The translations under genes were made by a program, and so were the position numbers. The notes beneath the pieces were generated by a model. That model was not told the origin of the DNA. It worked only from the letters and a program-made list of their open reading frames with translations, and made no database searches. Shown here one piece after another: positions 37,826 through 47,447 of a DNA stretch of 64,000 bases. The stretch is taken from positions 160,001-224,000 of IMG/VR virus record IMGVR_UViG_3300045988_172839; one strand, written 5' to 3'. The DNA is from a virus. Each line of letters opens with the position of its first letter. Position 1 is the first letter of the stretch.

Positions 37826-38263
37826 CTACTTTCTAGGAGAAAAATACCCAATCGGAAAACCATCTATAACCCCATTTGAATTATAGTTCAAACAAATTAC
37901 TGAACCATTTGACTGTTCAACTTGAATAGTTACCTCAGTCGGAGCAATCTCTTGATATTCAATCTTTTCCCCTACCCAATTCAAAAAGCTAGAAGAGTAA
38001 GTCGAAACTTCAACTGTATAACCATTCAAAACCAAACCAAGCAAAGAAGTATAAACGACACCTAAATGCTCTGGGTGGAAATAAGCTTCTGGTTTAGGGA
38101 AGTTGACTTCTCTACGGTTGGATAAAGCAATCAACTTGACTGCACTCCAATATCTATCTAAATTCTCACTAGAGGTTGCACTTACAGACAAACCTCCTAA
38201 ATCAACTAAAGACTTCCCGTTTAACTTAGTCTTCTGACCAATTTCTGAATAAATGTGTAACAT
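37826..38263 (-). CDS. Hypothetical protein, tandem paralog family C
   Basis: L(N/R)GKSLVDL.GLS....S.ENL and NFP...YFHP.HL..VY shared with 38273-38740. Confidence 0.65.
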   Translation of the reverse strand: MLHIYSEIGQKTKLNGKSLVDLGGLSVSATSSENLDRYWSAVKLIALSNRREVNFPKPEAYFHPEHLGVVYTSLLGLVLNGYTVEVSTYSSSFLNWVGEKIEYQEIAPTEVTIQVEQSNGSVICLNYNSNGVIDGFPIGYFSPRK

Positions 38264-38272
38264 ACAAAAACC

Positions 38273-38740
38273 TCACAAACTTAAATCAAACGGAGCGCTA
38301 GGTTCAAAGTAACCTACTGGCCAATTATGGATGCGACCTTGTTCATCAAAGCGCAACTCTTTTCTACCGCCATCTTCAAGTTCAAACTGGATACGAACTA
38401 ATTCTGTTGGAACGGAACCTCGTAAAATGCTCTCTCCAACTAAGTTAAGGAGAGTGTCGTCATAAACTGAAAAGTCGATTGTAACTGCGCGCTCCATGAT
38501 AAGATACCGCAAGTATTCATAGACTTCTCTTAGGTGAATTGGGTGGAAATAACTTGTCATATTAGGGAAATTGACTACTTTACCTCCAAACTCACCACTC
38601 TGAATAATAGGGTTAATTTGTGTTGTAAACAACTCTAAATTCTCCAAAGAAGACTTACGAGTTGAAAGTCCAAATAAGTCTACAAGAGACTTACCTCTCA
38701 ATCTTGGGTTTTGATAAATTCCTGATTTGATAATAAACAT
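38273..38740 (-). CDS. Hypothetical protein, tandem paralog family C
   Basis: 155 aa; see 37826-38263. Confidence 0.65.
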   Translation of the reverse strand: MFIIKSGIYQNPRLRGKSLVDLFGLSTRKSSLENLELFTTQINPIIQSGEFGGKVVNFPNMTSYFHPIHLREVYEYLRYLIMERAVTIDFSVYDDTLLNLVGESILRGSVPTELVRIQFELEDGGRKELRFDEQGRIHNWPVGYFEPSAPFDLSL

Positions 38741-38750
38741 GTTCTTTTAC

Positions 38751-38987
38751 CTACCTTTCTATTGACGGGGGAACATTGAGTTCGTAACCATAACTTTTAG
38801 AAACCACAGTAACGTGTGGATACCCTTTGGTAATCAAGAGCTTTTTCAGATCATCTAAGTCCAACAAATCTAAAATGACCGTTCCGTTAATGCGAACTAG
38901 TACATGGTTTTGCGACTTAAATAACTTCTCTAGTAATTGTGGTAGAGTCTCTGAAGTGAGTTCTACCTTTTCTTTCTCTACTTTCAA
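38751..38987 (-). CDS. Hypothetical protein
   Basis: 78 aa; TTG start 9 nt after GGAG, consensus promoter at 39020-39048. Confidence 0.6.
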   Translation of the reverse strand: MKVEKEKVELTSETLPQLLEKLFKSQNHVLVRINGTVILDLLDLDDLKKLLITKGYPHVTVVSKSYGYELNVPPSIER

Positions 38988-39019
38988 AATTTAGTTCTCC
39001 TATTGATTTAATTTCTCTT

Positions 39020-39048
39020 ATTATATCAAAAAGTTGTAAGAATGTCAA
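39020..39048 (-). promoter_or_regulatory. Consensus extended -10 promoter
   Basis: TTGACA-17 nt-(TGA)TATAAT on the minus strand. Confidence 0.75.
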
Positions 39049-39077
39049 GTAATCAACTAGCAAAAAGGTAAAAAGAA

Positions 39078-39097
39078 AAGAGAGCGTTAGCTCTCTT
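39078..39097 (-). terminator. Intrinsic terminator
   Basis: 8-bp stem AAGAGAGC/GCTCTCTT, loop GTTA, T-run on the minus strand. Confidence 0.7.
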
Positions 39098-39142
39098 AAC
39101 TACATTTTGAAAACCTAAGAGAAAAAGCGGATACCCCTACCC

Positions 39143-42100
39143 TTAGTGTTTCGACTTGTCCATTTCTTTCCAATTCTCAGCAACAGAGGAACCTGCTTGA
39201 CGGAAGACTCTTGCAGCCTTATTGAAGAATCCACCGACATGACTTGCTCCTTGGAAACCAACCCCAAGACCTGCACCTATAGCCGAAGCGACTGCTCTAC
39301 CAGTATGACCTTCAGCCATGTGTTCTCTTGCTTTCTGCCAACGTTTTTGACGGAAAGATTTCCCTTTGCTATTTCCTCTACGGAAAACTTGTTGTCTACG
39401 GTCATAGCTTGATAAGAACGGTTGTCTTTCAAGTATCATTTCTTCAACCTCTGCTCTTGTAAAGGTGTATGTACCGACTTGTAAGTCTTGCAACATAGAA
39501 TAACGCTTAAATGCAGTTTCTACAACTGCTTTAGAACTACTAGACTCCATAAGGTCAAATTCTCTATAAGCATAATCCATAGAGTCAAAGACTAAAGAAG
39601 TTGGGTTCAAATACTGTCTAATCAGTTTCCAATCGAATAATTCTCCGAAACCTCCACTGTCCCATAAAGAAATAGAGTATGGGGAAACTTCAGGACTAAA
39701 TTGGATACCCTCTTTCTCTGGTTCATAAAGTAAACCATTGAAGTACAACTGACGACCAATAATTTCAATCTTACGAACTCTACTCCAATCACCAAAGTAA
39801 GTGTAAATATCCTCTAACAAATACTCTCTCAAGTCTTGGTCATCTTTAATGACTACACCTGCTTGATGTGAAGCAACTCGACTCATAGTTGTTCTATCAT
39901 TCAATTCCTCAGTAGAAACAATCGTCTCTACTTTAGGAATACTAGCACCTTGCAAACCAAAGGCAGACTGCAAAACAGACATAAGTGCTTGTTCGGATAC
40001 CCCTAATTGACTTGCTAAAGTGGAAGCAACATTTACAGAGTCAGCTACACTAGGTGTTTTCGCTTGTGCGCTCTCATAAGGCTCAGATTGCTCTCTGGTC
40101 CATTTTTGAGGTTCAACCTCTAAGTTATCGACTGATGAGTTTAAATCGCTCTCAGACGAAACTGGAGATTCTGAGGTAGGCTCTGAGATAATTTCTTCGT
40201 GAAGGTCTGAGAAGCTTGAAGTGTCTTCTTCCTCAGAAAGAGAGGTTGGTTCTTCTACTTCATCTGCTTTGACTTCTTTAGTCGCAAACTCTGGACGGAG
40301 GTCTACAATATTAGAACCCTCAGAAACCTGATCAGTTGCTCCACCACTTTGTTTAAAATCAACTAACTCAGTTAATAACTCATTAACTTTGTAGTAAACA
40401 GTTTCTTTTTTCTTAGCTAAATAAGCGTCTTGGTTGGTGAAAGCCATAACGACATCTTCACAAGAGAAGTTCCACTCAGGTCTTAAATCTAAAAGGAACT
40501 CTAAGTAAGAACCCTTATAACCCATTTGTGCTACAACCAGGTCAGCAATCTCTCTTGCACGTACAAAAGAACGACTAATATCACTGGAACCTAAAGCCTT
40601 CAAATACCCTAGAACACCAATACGTTCATCCCACTCACTTGGATTGTCTGGATTTGAATTGCGAGACTTAATAGACTCTGCTTTGCTTCCTAAGTTCTTC
40701 TCCAACTGAGTAACACAGGAACCTTGGGAGTCACCTAAAATCAAATAAGGTTTAAAGTAGACTGCCCCACCCTCCATTTGAGAGTTAACCGAGCGAGCTA
40801 AACCTTTATTTTGTGGATTTTCGTCTCGAATAGTTGGGAAATCTACACTACCAAAATAGGCAAATCTACGAGAACTTGAAGTGAGATACCGCTTAGAGTC
40901 TGACCCATTTTGACTAGACCAATACTGAGACTTCTCAGTACCTTTGTAGCCAACCATGAAGCCTGTGTCTAAGTTCAACAATGTATACAACCAAGGGTCT
41001 ACTACACCATTCTTATAGTCACAAGCTGCTTTAAAGGAGGATGCATCATTTCCTTTATTTCTAGGAAGTCGTTCAAAACCACCTATGTTAAAGCTCTGAC
41101 CCACTAAATAAATACTTGAACGTAAACTCTCCTCATTTTGAAAGCCTGCTTTTTTCAACTTGTTCAATAGTTGCATACTTTCATCTAATTTATCGTACAA
41201 GTCTCTTAAATAAGCTCTATCTCTATAATCATCGGACTTTTCTTCCAAAGCTCGTTCAAATTTGCGAGTTGCTTGTTCTTTTAGTAAACCACCTAAGTAA
41301 TTTTGACCTAAATCTACAAGCTCATCTAATTCTGGATCTGACATAATACTTTGGAACCAGCCACCATTAGAACTCAAAGCCTTAGAACCAAATAGGTTAG
41401 ACCAGTTTGTAACCTCGTCGAAAATTCCGAGGATACCTTCATCACCTCCAAGTTTTTCATAGAGAGCAACATCACTAGCTTTTACAGTAGCACGGAGAGA
41501 AACAATACCCATGACAAGTAACATGTGGCGATAAAAAGCCATATCTCCCCAAGCACCTGTGTAACGCTTTTGAGAACTGCTCACACCACTAAACCACTTA
41601 GGTATAGACTTGTCGAACCAACCCATAATCGTTGGGTTGTTATCCCAATCCAACTGCTCAGAAATGTTGTTGACAACGGGCATAGCAGACTTATTGAAAA
41701 CACCAGCTTGGATAAAGTAACCTTTCGGAATTCCATTAGAATCAGCTCCACCAAAGGCAATGTAGTAAGGAACCATTGTGTCTGGTTTACCATCACCTCC
41801 AAATACTGGACGACCGTTAGCAATCGATACCGCTAAACCATTAGAAATGGAAACTCCTTTCCCTGAGCGAGAACCAGCCCAATAAGTGAGCACCAACTTT
41901 GCTCCAGCGTTTATAGCTGCTGTTAGTTCATTAGACGAAGTTAAAATACGACCATCAAGACCTTTACCTAACAACTGATAACCATAAGTTAGTTTCTCAC
42001 CTTTTCTTTGTAAAGACTCCAAAGCTTTATAGGCAAATAAAGGCTCACTCTCTGCAATTTCTGGTTTTGCAATATGAGAATAGTGACTCACTCGAACATC

Positions 42101-43387
42101 TTTAAAGTCTTTGACTAAAGGAGCTTCAAAGTCGCCACCATAATCAAAAACATCAGTGTATAAAGCACTAGTATGATTGAACTCACTGTTTTGCAACTCC
42201 GAAATTGGGGCTGATACCACCCACTCAGCGGACGCCCATTTCTCGTCTTCCATCATTCCTACATGGTTTTTCAAGATAGAAAATGTTGAGAAAGTAGCTT
42301 TGAACTTAGCTAGATAATCTTTGAACACTTGGTTGTCTGTTGGAGTAATTGGTCTTGTCGCACCTTTACCGAAGTAAGCAACTTTGTCTGACCAAAAATA
42401 CCCATCTTGGTAAGTATCACACACCAACACCAAATACTCCCAAGCTCTCTTTGTTAAGTAATCTTTAATTGATTCACGCTGACCATCTGAACCTTTCCAC
42501 TTCATAGGAACTGAAGGGAAGTTCAAATCATCTTTTTGAACCGTTACTTTACGACTTAAAGCAAACTCCAACATCTTGTAAGGGTAATAAATAGGTTTAC
42601 TTGACTCTACAATTTCTTTTAAGTCTACTTGTCTTGAAGTGTTTACCGAAATAGAGCGAAGAGGAGAAAACATAGCTTCTCCTGCATAGTAAGATGCAGT
42701 ATAATTTGGTTGGACTGCTTGTTCTCCTTGGATAATCACCATAGGCAGATCAGGTAGACCAACTACGACCCCTTCGTATTTATCTAATTCATAGCCTGCT
42801 TCAAAAGCAAAATCATAAATATCAAGCAAAGAGTCAACCAAAGAAACCACATCAGCGTTCAATTTACTTGACGACTTTAAAGCCTTTATTTTTCTAGCGA
42901 AAGTCTCATCTTCAACAGAAACCAAACTGTCTTTGATTTCTGAGGATACCGAAGTGGGGTCAAACTCTAAATCTAAAGCCTTTGAAACAGTCGCAATATC
43001 ATCAATTAAGAAGTGTTCTAATTGTTCGGCTTTTAAGTCTTTCAAAGAATTAGAGCGCAAGTCGGAGACCGCTAACTGATTTTTCAGTTGGTTTTCAACA
43101 GAATGAACTGCTAACTCTGACTCTAACTGAGTATAAATCGGTTTTAAGTCACTAAAACCAAAGGTAAACCCGCTTGCTTTTCTATCTAAAGAAAGTTGAC
43201 CGAAGGCACAAGCTAACATACAAGTAGCATAGAAATAAACGACCTCATCTGAACCTTCAAGTCCGTTTTCTACTAATTCCTCTACAGAACTGTAGACTAC
43301 ATCTACAATCTGTTGATTGTCTAAACCTAAACCAAGTTGGTTTGAGATTTTCTCCATCTGGTCTTGTACTTTACTCACTAATCTCAC
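39143..43387 (-). CDS. Very large protein (1414 aa) with possible P-loop NTPase core
   Basis: KLVLTYWAGSRSGKGVS (Walker A-like after a beta-strand) and GILGIFDEVTNW (Walker B-like hhhhDE); acidic Ser/Glu linker; Gly-rich C-terminus; start codon uncertain. Confidence 0.6.
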   Translation of the reverse strand: MRLVSKVQDQMEKISNQLGLGLDNQQIVDVVYSSVEELVENGLEGSDEVVYFYATCMLACAFGQLSLDRKASGFTFGFSDLKPIYTQLESELAVHSVENQLKNQLAVSDLRSNSLKDLKAEQLEHFLIDDIATVSKALDLEFDPTSVSSEIKDSLVSVEDETFARKIKALKSSSKLNADVVSLVDSLLDIYDFAFEAGYELDKYEGVVVGLPDLPMVIIQGEQAVQPNYTASYYAGEAMFSPLRSISVNTSRQVDLKEIVESSKPIYYPYKMLEFALSRKVTVQKDDLNFPSVPMKWKGSDGQRESIKDYLTKRAWEYLVLVCDTYQDGYFWSDKVAYFGKGATRPITPTDNQVFKDYLAKFKATFSTFSILKNHVGMMEDEKWASAEWVVSAPISELQNSEFNHTSALYTDVFDYGGDFEAPLVKDFKDVRVSHYSHIAKPEIAESEPLFAYKALESLQRKGEKLTYGYQLLGKGLDGRILTSSNELTAAINAGAKLVLTYWAGSRSGKGVSISNGLAVSIANGRPVFGGDGKPDTMVPYYIAFGGADSNGIPKGYFIQAGVFNKSAMPVVNNISEQLDWDNNPTIMGWFDKSIPKWFSGVSSSQKRYTGAWGDMAFYRHMLLVMGIVSLRATVKASDVALYEKLGGDEGILGIFDEVTNWSNLFGSKALSSNGGWFQSIMSDPELDELVDLGQNYLGGLLKEQATRKFERALEEKSDDYRDRAYLRDLYDKLDESMQLLNKLKKAGFQNEESLRSSIYLVGQSFNIGGFERLPRNKGNDASSFKAACDYKNGVVDPWLYTLLNLDTGFMVGYKGTEKSQYWSSQNGSDSKRYLTSSSRRFAYFGSVDFPTIRDENPQNKGLARSVNSQMEGGAVYFKPYLILGDSQGSCVTQLEKNLGSKAESIKSRNSNPDNPSEWDERIGVLGYLKALGSSDISRSFVRAREIADLVVAQMGYKGSYLEFLLDLRPEWNFSCEDVVMAFTNQDAYLAKKKETVYYKVNELLTELVDFKQSGGATDQVSEGSNIVDLRPEFATKEVKADEVEEPTSLSEEEDTSSFSDLHEEIISEPTSESPVSSESDLNSSVDNLEVEPQKWTREQSEPYESAQAKTPSVADSVNVASTLASQLGVSEQALMSVLQSAFGLQGASIPKVETIVSTEELNDRTTMSRVASHQAGVVIKDDQDLREYLLEDIYTYFGDWSRVRKIEIIGRQLYFNGLLYEPEKEGIQFSPEVSPYSISLWDSGGFGELFDWKLIRQYLNPTSLVFDSMDYAYREFDLMESSSSKAVVETAFKRYSMLQDLQVGTYTFTRAEVEEMILERQPFLSSYDRRQQVFRRGNSKGKSFRQKRWQKAREHMAEGHTGRAVASAIGAGLGVGFQGASHVGGFFNKAARVFRQAGSSVAENWKEMDKSKH

Positions 43388-45623
43388 CTTCTTTCTTCTC
43401 TACTAATTCTAAGGCTTTTTGGAACACCCCACTAATATCTCTTACTTCGCTAGGCGGATAGTAACTGAAAATGCTACTTACTACTTTTACGAAAGTATGA
43501 GGGTCTATAGCATGACTTAGGAAATCTCCTTCTTTGGTTAAGTGTTTACTGCTCAAACGACTAATAACATCTGCTCCAAATTCTTTTTCAAACTTCTCAA
43601 AGTCTCGACGGAAACGGTAGGATACCCTTGTGGTATTTACCAAATCTGTTAGAAGTTTGCTTAATTTAGGTAGTTGAGATACTTTAGGCAATGGAACACC
43701 CAAAGCATTAAAACCATAAGCAGAACGCAAGACATCTACTGCTAAATAATTAGGCGCAGTCAACAACTCCACAGAAACTTCATTAGCGAAACGCTCTGCA
43801 AAATCTTTAAAAGAAGGTCTAATCTGTTTAAACTCTGAATCTTTACCTTCATTTGCGAAGTAACTATCCAATTCTGCAAATTGTTCTTTTAGTTTAGAGT
43901 GTTTATCAATAAACTCATTGTAACCATCAAAAATAGAAGTTGACTCTAAACCAAAGATACCGAAACTTGCTAGTTTAATTGCTTCTTCATCTGATAAATC
44001 CAACTCTTTCAAAGAGCAAGCTAATTGGAAGAACTCTTTTTCGTTAAAGAACGTATCAAAAGAGTAAACCGAGTTCATTGATAACCAACTGATTACTGCA
44101 AACAAAGGCGAAACCTCACCTACTGTTTCTAAAACACTATCTGGTAAAAAATCTACACCCTCTAAAGTAATTTCTCTTGCTAAAGGTTTAAACTCTACAC
44201 CCTCTAAATCAAGTCCGAAACTCTCTAGTTTATCGTAAAGACTTTGGTACTTCTCACTATTTTTATCTTCTTCGTTTGGTTCTTCTGAAACCTCGTCTTC
44301 TGTCTCCAAAGGTTCTTCTGTTTCTTCCGTTTCATCAGACAAGTTACTTAAGTACAATTCTAACCCACTCTTATAACTTGAAACAAACTCAGAACTCATA
44401 AAATCAAAAGTGATGTTTTCTAAAGCCAACTCCAAGCAAGTGGTGAGCGCAGTGAGATACCCCACAAATACGGAATCAACACCTTTACTCAAGCCTACCT
44501 TATCTTTATTCTTCAAAAGGTAATTAGCTACGGAAACTGCTCTCAAATAAGTTGTGTCAGAAGTGATAGTCACCTTAGGAGTCGGATAAGAAGTAATATC
44601 TCTATGCTCTTTCACAAAAGCAACCATCGAGTTTACATACTCTTTTGCTAGAGCTTCGTTATGTTCTCCAACCTCTAAAGTCTCTTTCAAAGTTGGAAAT
44701 TGAGCTGAAATCTCAGACTGATACCCCTCAAGTACACGAACCAAACCTAAGAAGTTAGTAACTAAAGTTAAGTCGGAGTCTTTTAAGAACCCTTCTCCAA
44801 TATCTTTAGTCTCAACAAGTTTAGTTGATTTAGGCGTTCCTTTCTTCACTTCTTGGAAATAATTCCACAGAGCGCCACCTTCTTCATCCATCTCATAATA
44901 TTGTGGACGAAGAGCAGTATGAGTATAGTACAAATCATCATTAAATAAGGCACCTACAAAGTTTAACTCAGTATCTCTCAAAATTAAACCATACGGATCA
45001 TTGATTTGTTCTCTATGGATTTCTACAAACTCTTTACAGGTAATGCTATCTTCAACTAAACCAACTGCTCTTAGTCGTTTGAATGAAGACTCTACTGTTT
45101 GCTTTCTACTTGGGTCTAAGAACCAATCGAGACCGTGGTTGTCTAAAAGATACCCTTGAACTTCTGAGCTACTATTCAGTACAATAATTTCTTCTACACT
45201 AGAGAAGACACGTGAACCAAAGAGCGAGCGACTATCACCTCTTAAAACCTTAGTAATTGGAGTTGACTTGCTTTCTGCTGATAATTCTGTACCTAACTGC
45301 TCTGTAAAAGTAATTGGTACAAACTGTTCCTTTGCCTTGAAATTGACTGGGGAAACATAAAATTGAACATAAATACCATCCAACCCAAGTACTACTCTAC
45401 GAACATTATTAGGTGAGAACTTGGAAATGATACCCTCAGTTATTCCTTTGTCTTTTCGCTCTTTTAACTGTTTATATGCTCCTGCACATAAGAGCCTTTC
45501 AAAATTTTCAACGTATTTATTGGTTACTTTACCTTGTACAACTCCTTGACCTTGTTGGTTTTGAGTTGAGTTAGGTTGTGAACCTTTTAGTAGTTCATAC
45601 ATTTGTTTTATCTCAACTTTCAA
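43371..45623 (-). CDS. Large hypothetical protein (750 aa)
   Basis: Long uninterrupted ORF with an acidic ETEETEEPLETEDEVSEEP linker; no motif recognised. Confidence 0.65.
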   Translation of the reverse strand: MKVEIKQMYELLKGSQPNSTQNQQGQGVVQGKVTNKYVENFERLLCAGAYKQLKERKDKGITEGIISKFSPNNVRRVVLGLDGIYVQFYVSPVNFKAKEQFVPITFTEQLGTELSAESKSTPITKVLRGDSRSLFGSRVFSSVEEIIVLNSSSEVQGYLLDNHGLDWFLDPSRKQTVESSFKRLRAVGLVEDSITCKEFVEIHREQINDPYGLILRDTELNFVGALFNDDLYYTHTALRPQYYEMDEEGGALWNYFQEVKKGTPKSTKLVETKDIGEGFLKDSDLTLVTNFLGLVRVLEGYQSEISAQFPTLKETLEVGEHNEALAKEYVNSMVAFVKEHRDITSYPTPKVTITSDTTYLRAVSVANYLLKNKDKVGLSKGVDSVFVGYLTALTTCLELALENITFDFMSSEFVSSYKSGLELYLSNLSDETEETEEPLETEDEVSEEPNEEDKNSEKYQSLYDKLESFGLDLEGVEFKPLAREITLEGVDFLPDSVLETVGEVSPLFAVISWLSMNSVYSFDTFFNEKEFFQLACSLKELDLSDEEAIKLASFGIFGLESTSIFDGYNEFIDKHSKLKEQFAELDSYFANEGKDSEFKQIRPSFKDFAERFANEVSVELLTAPNYLAVDVLRSAYGFNALGVPLPKVSQLPKLSKLLTDLVNTTRVSYRFRRDFEKFEKEFGADVISRLSSKHLTKEGDFLSHAIDPHTFVKVVSSIFSYYPPSEVRDISGVFQKALELVEKKEGEISE

Positions 45624-45664
45624 GATTTTCTACTTACTATCCAAACGAGAACACGAAAAAATCC

Positions 45665-45681
45665 CGCATACCTACTATGCG
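45665..45681 (-). terminator. Probable intrinsic terminator after the PcsB-like gene
   Basis: 6-bp stem CGCATA/TATGCG followed by GGATTTTTT on the minus strand. Confidence 0.45.
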
Positions 45682-45702
45682 AGACCAAAATTCCTATTTT
45701 TC

Positions 45703-47022
45703 TTAATTTTGATAGATATAAGTTACAAAACCTTCAGAGGTTGTTGTTGGGTTAAACCAACCACGGTGGTTGCCAATGTAACGTTTTCCACCAACATTTG
45801 ATTCAGAAACCTGAATGCGTGTAGCTGATTCTACCGCAGTTACCACCGCAACGTGACCATAAGCACCGTCATTCCAACATGCAATCGCACCTACTTGTGG
45901 AGTTGAACCTGTTCTAAACCCCGCTGCAGCAGCACTTGTCGCCCACTGCGCTCCATTACCCCAATAATCTCCAGCCCAAGGTGCCAATGTTTTAGCTCCC
46001 CAAGTACACTCTCCCATTGGATAACTTGAAGCGTCTGTATTGTATCTAGGACGACTTGTTGTGGTCACCGTAGGAGTTACTGTTGGTGTTGGGGTTGGAG
46101 TTGTTGCTTCCTCTTGAGGTTCTGAACTTGGAGCTACTTCTTCTGAGGTAGTTGGGGCAGACGGAGTGGATACCGAAGAAACTTCTTGCGCTAATGAAGT
46201 ATTTGCAGAGTTAGTTACTACTGCTTTTTCACTCTCTTTTTGAGCTAGGTAAGCCTTCTCTTCTTCCAAAGCTTTAGCTGCTTGACGTTCTGCTTCAGCT
46301 TTTTGCTCTACCAACTCAGCTTTCTTATCTTCTGCTTCAGTTTTTTCAACCTCTAAGTTCAACTTCGCTACTTCTAACTCAGCCTTGCGAGAATTAAGAG
46401 CTTGCGCGTCATCTTCTAACTTCTCTTTATTGGTAATAACCGTGTTAATCGCTTGGTTGTTCTCTTCTTGTTTCGCTAAAATGTCTTCTTTGTCACTCTT
46501 TTGTTGTGCTAACATCTTGTTACTTGCTTCAACAATTTGGTTCATAGAAGTAACCTTAGAAATAGCTTCAGAAATAGAATTTGAGTTAACAACTGCATTC
46601 ACATAGTCTAAAACAGAACCACTAGTTTGCGCACTACGAGCTTGTTTTTCCAAAGACTCTTGACGAGACACAATGTTCTTAGATAAGTTGTTGATGTCTT
46701 TTTCTAAGTCTTTAGACACTGACTCCAAACGGTTAGTTTCAGCTTGTAAATTAGCTTGTTCAGTTTCTAAAGCAGTAACTTTACTTTGGACACTCTCTAA
46801 CTGGGAACTTGCTTCTTTTTGTTTCTCTGTTAATTGCTCCACTTTCTGGTCTTGTTCTGCAATGGCAGAATTAGATACCCCAACTGGATTTGAGGTTGTT
46901 TGTGGCACATCAACTACCTCATGAGGACTTAACGCTCCTGCGCTGACTGTTTGAATGGTTGTTAAACCTTGACTTAATAATACTGTACTTAATAATAAAG
47001 TCGATAAAACTCTCTGTTTCAT
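45703..47022 (-). CDS. Secreted PcsB/GbpB-like coiled-coil CHAP peptidoglycan hydrolase
   Basis: Signal peptide [16 protein letters not shown]...VSA, long coiled coil, Thr/Pro linker, C-terminal CHAP (GECTWGA Cys, GHVAVV His). Start set to ATG 47022. Confidence 0.8.
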   Translation of the reverse strand: MKQRVLSTLLLSTVLLSQGLTTIQTVSAGALSPHEVVDVPQTTSNPVGVSNSAIAEQDQKVEQLTEKQKEASSQLESVQSKVTALETEQANLQAETNRLESVSKDLEKDINNLSKNIVSRQESLEKQARSAQTSGSVLDYVNAVVNSNSISEAISKVTSMNQIVEASNKMLAQQKSDKEDILAKQEENNQAINTVITNKEKLEDDAQALNSRKAELEVAKLNLEVEKTEAEDKKAELVEQKAEAERQAAKALEEEKAYLAQKESEKAVVTNSANTSLAQEVSSVSTPSAPTTSEEVAPSSEPQEEATTPTPTPTVTPTVTTTSRPRYNTDASSYPMGECTWGAKTLAPWAGDYWGNGAQWATSAAAAGFRTGSTPQVGAIACWNDGAYGHVAVVTAVESATRIQVSESNVGGKRYIGNHRGWFNPTTTSEGFVTYIYQN

Positions 47023-47141
47023 ACTGGGAAAATCCTTTACTTTCAAAATATGAAATCATTATACCAAAGAAAGTCGCAATTTCATATTACGACTTTGTTA
47101 CAATTTCGATTTGGTTGGCAGAAATAGATACCGCAAGGGTT

Positions 47142-47402
47142 TTACTGCTTGAAAGGTTTATATAACGCTTGAAAGTTACTCAAAGACAAAGTTTCACGTT
47201 TAGGTGGTACAAGCCAGTGGATGTCACTATTCATCGGAGGTGCGTGGAGAAAAGTGACCTCATTACCTTTTATTTCTTTGACAACTACGACTTTGTTAGA
47301 GTCTAATTGATTTTTGTACAGTCTATTCTCTGTCAAATCCAAAAGCAAATCCACCTTTCGTTTATTTTTCTTTATTCTAACAAAACCACAAAGGAAACGC
47401 AA
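47142..47402 (-). CDS. Hypothetical protein
   Basis: 86-aa ORF; 5' end abuts the terminator hairpin, so the true start is probably an internal TTG after AAAGGTGGA. Confidence 0.4.
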   Translation of the reverse strand: MRFLCGFVRIKKNKRKVDLLLDLTENRLYKNQLDSNKVVVVKEIKGNEVTFLHAPPMNSDIHWLVPPKRETLSLSNFQALYKPFKQ

Positions 47403-47405
47403 GAA

Positions 47406-47439
47406 AAGAGAGGATACCGCACGAAGGTGAACCTCTCTT
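47406..47439 (-). terminator. Terminator-like hairpin with GGTATC in the loop
   Basis: 8-bp stem AAGAGAGG/CCTCTCTT with an 18-nt loop; immediately after the 47448 stop. Confidence 0.45.
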
Positions 47440-47447
47440 CACAATAT

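Noticed and set aside
1201-41823. Nested out-of-frame minus-strand ORFs (1201-1413, 2158-2361, 6174-6434, 12280-12537, 14270-14521, 33477-33683, 41581-41823)
   Set aside because: They are fully contained in larger genes with recognisable domains, and their products are low-complexity or odd in composition.
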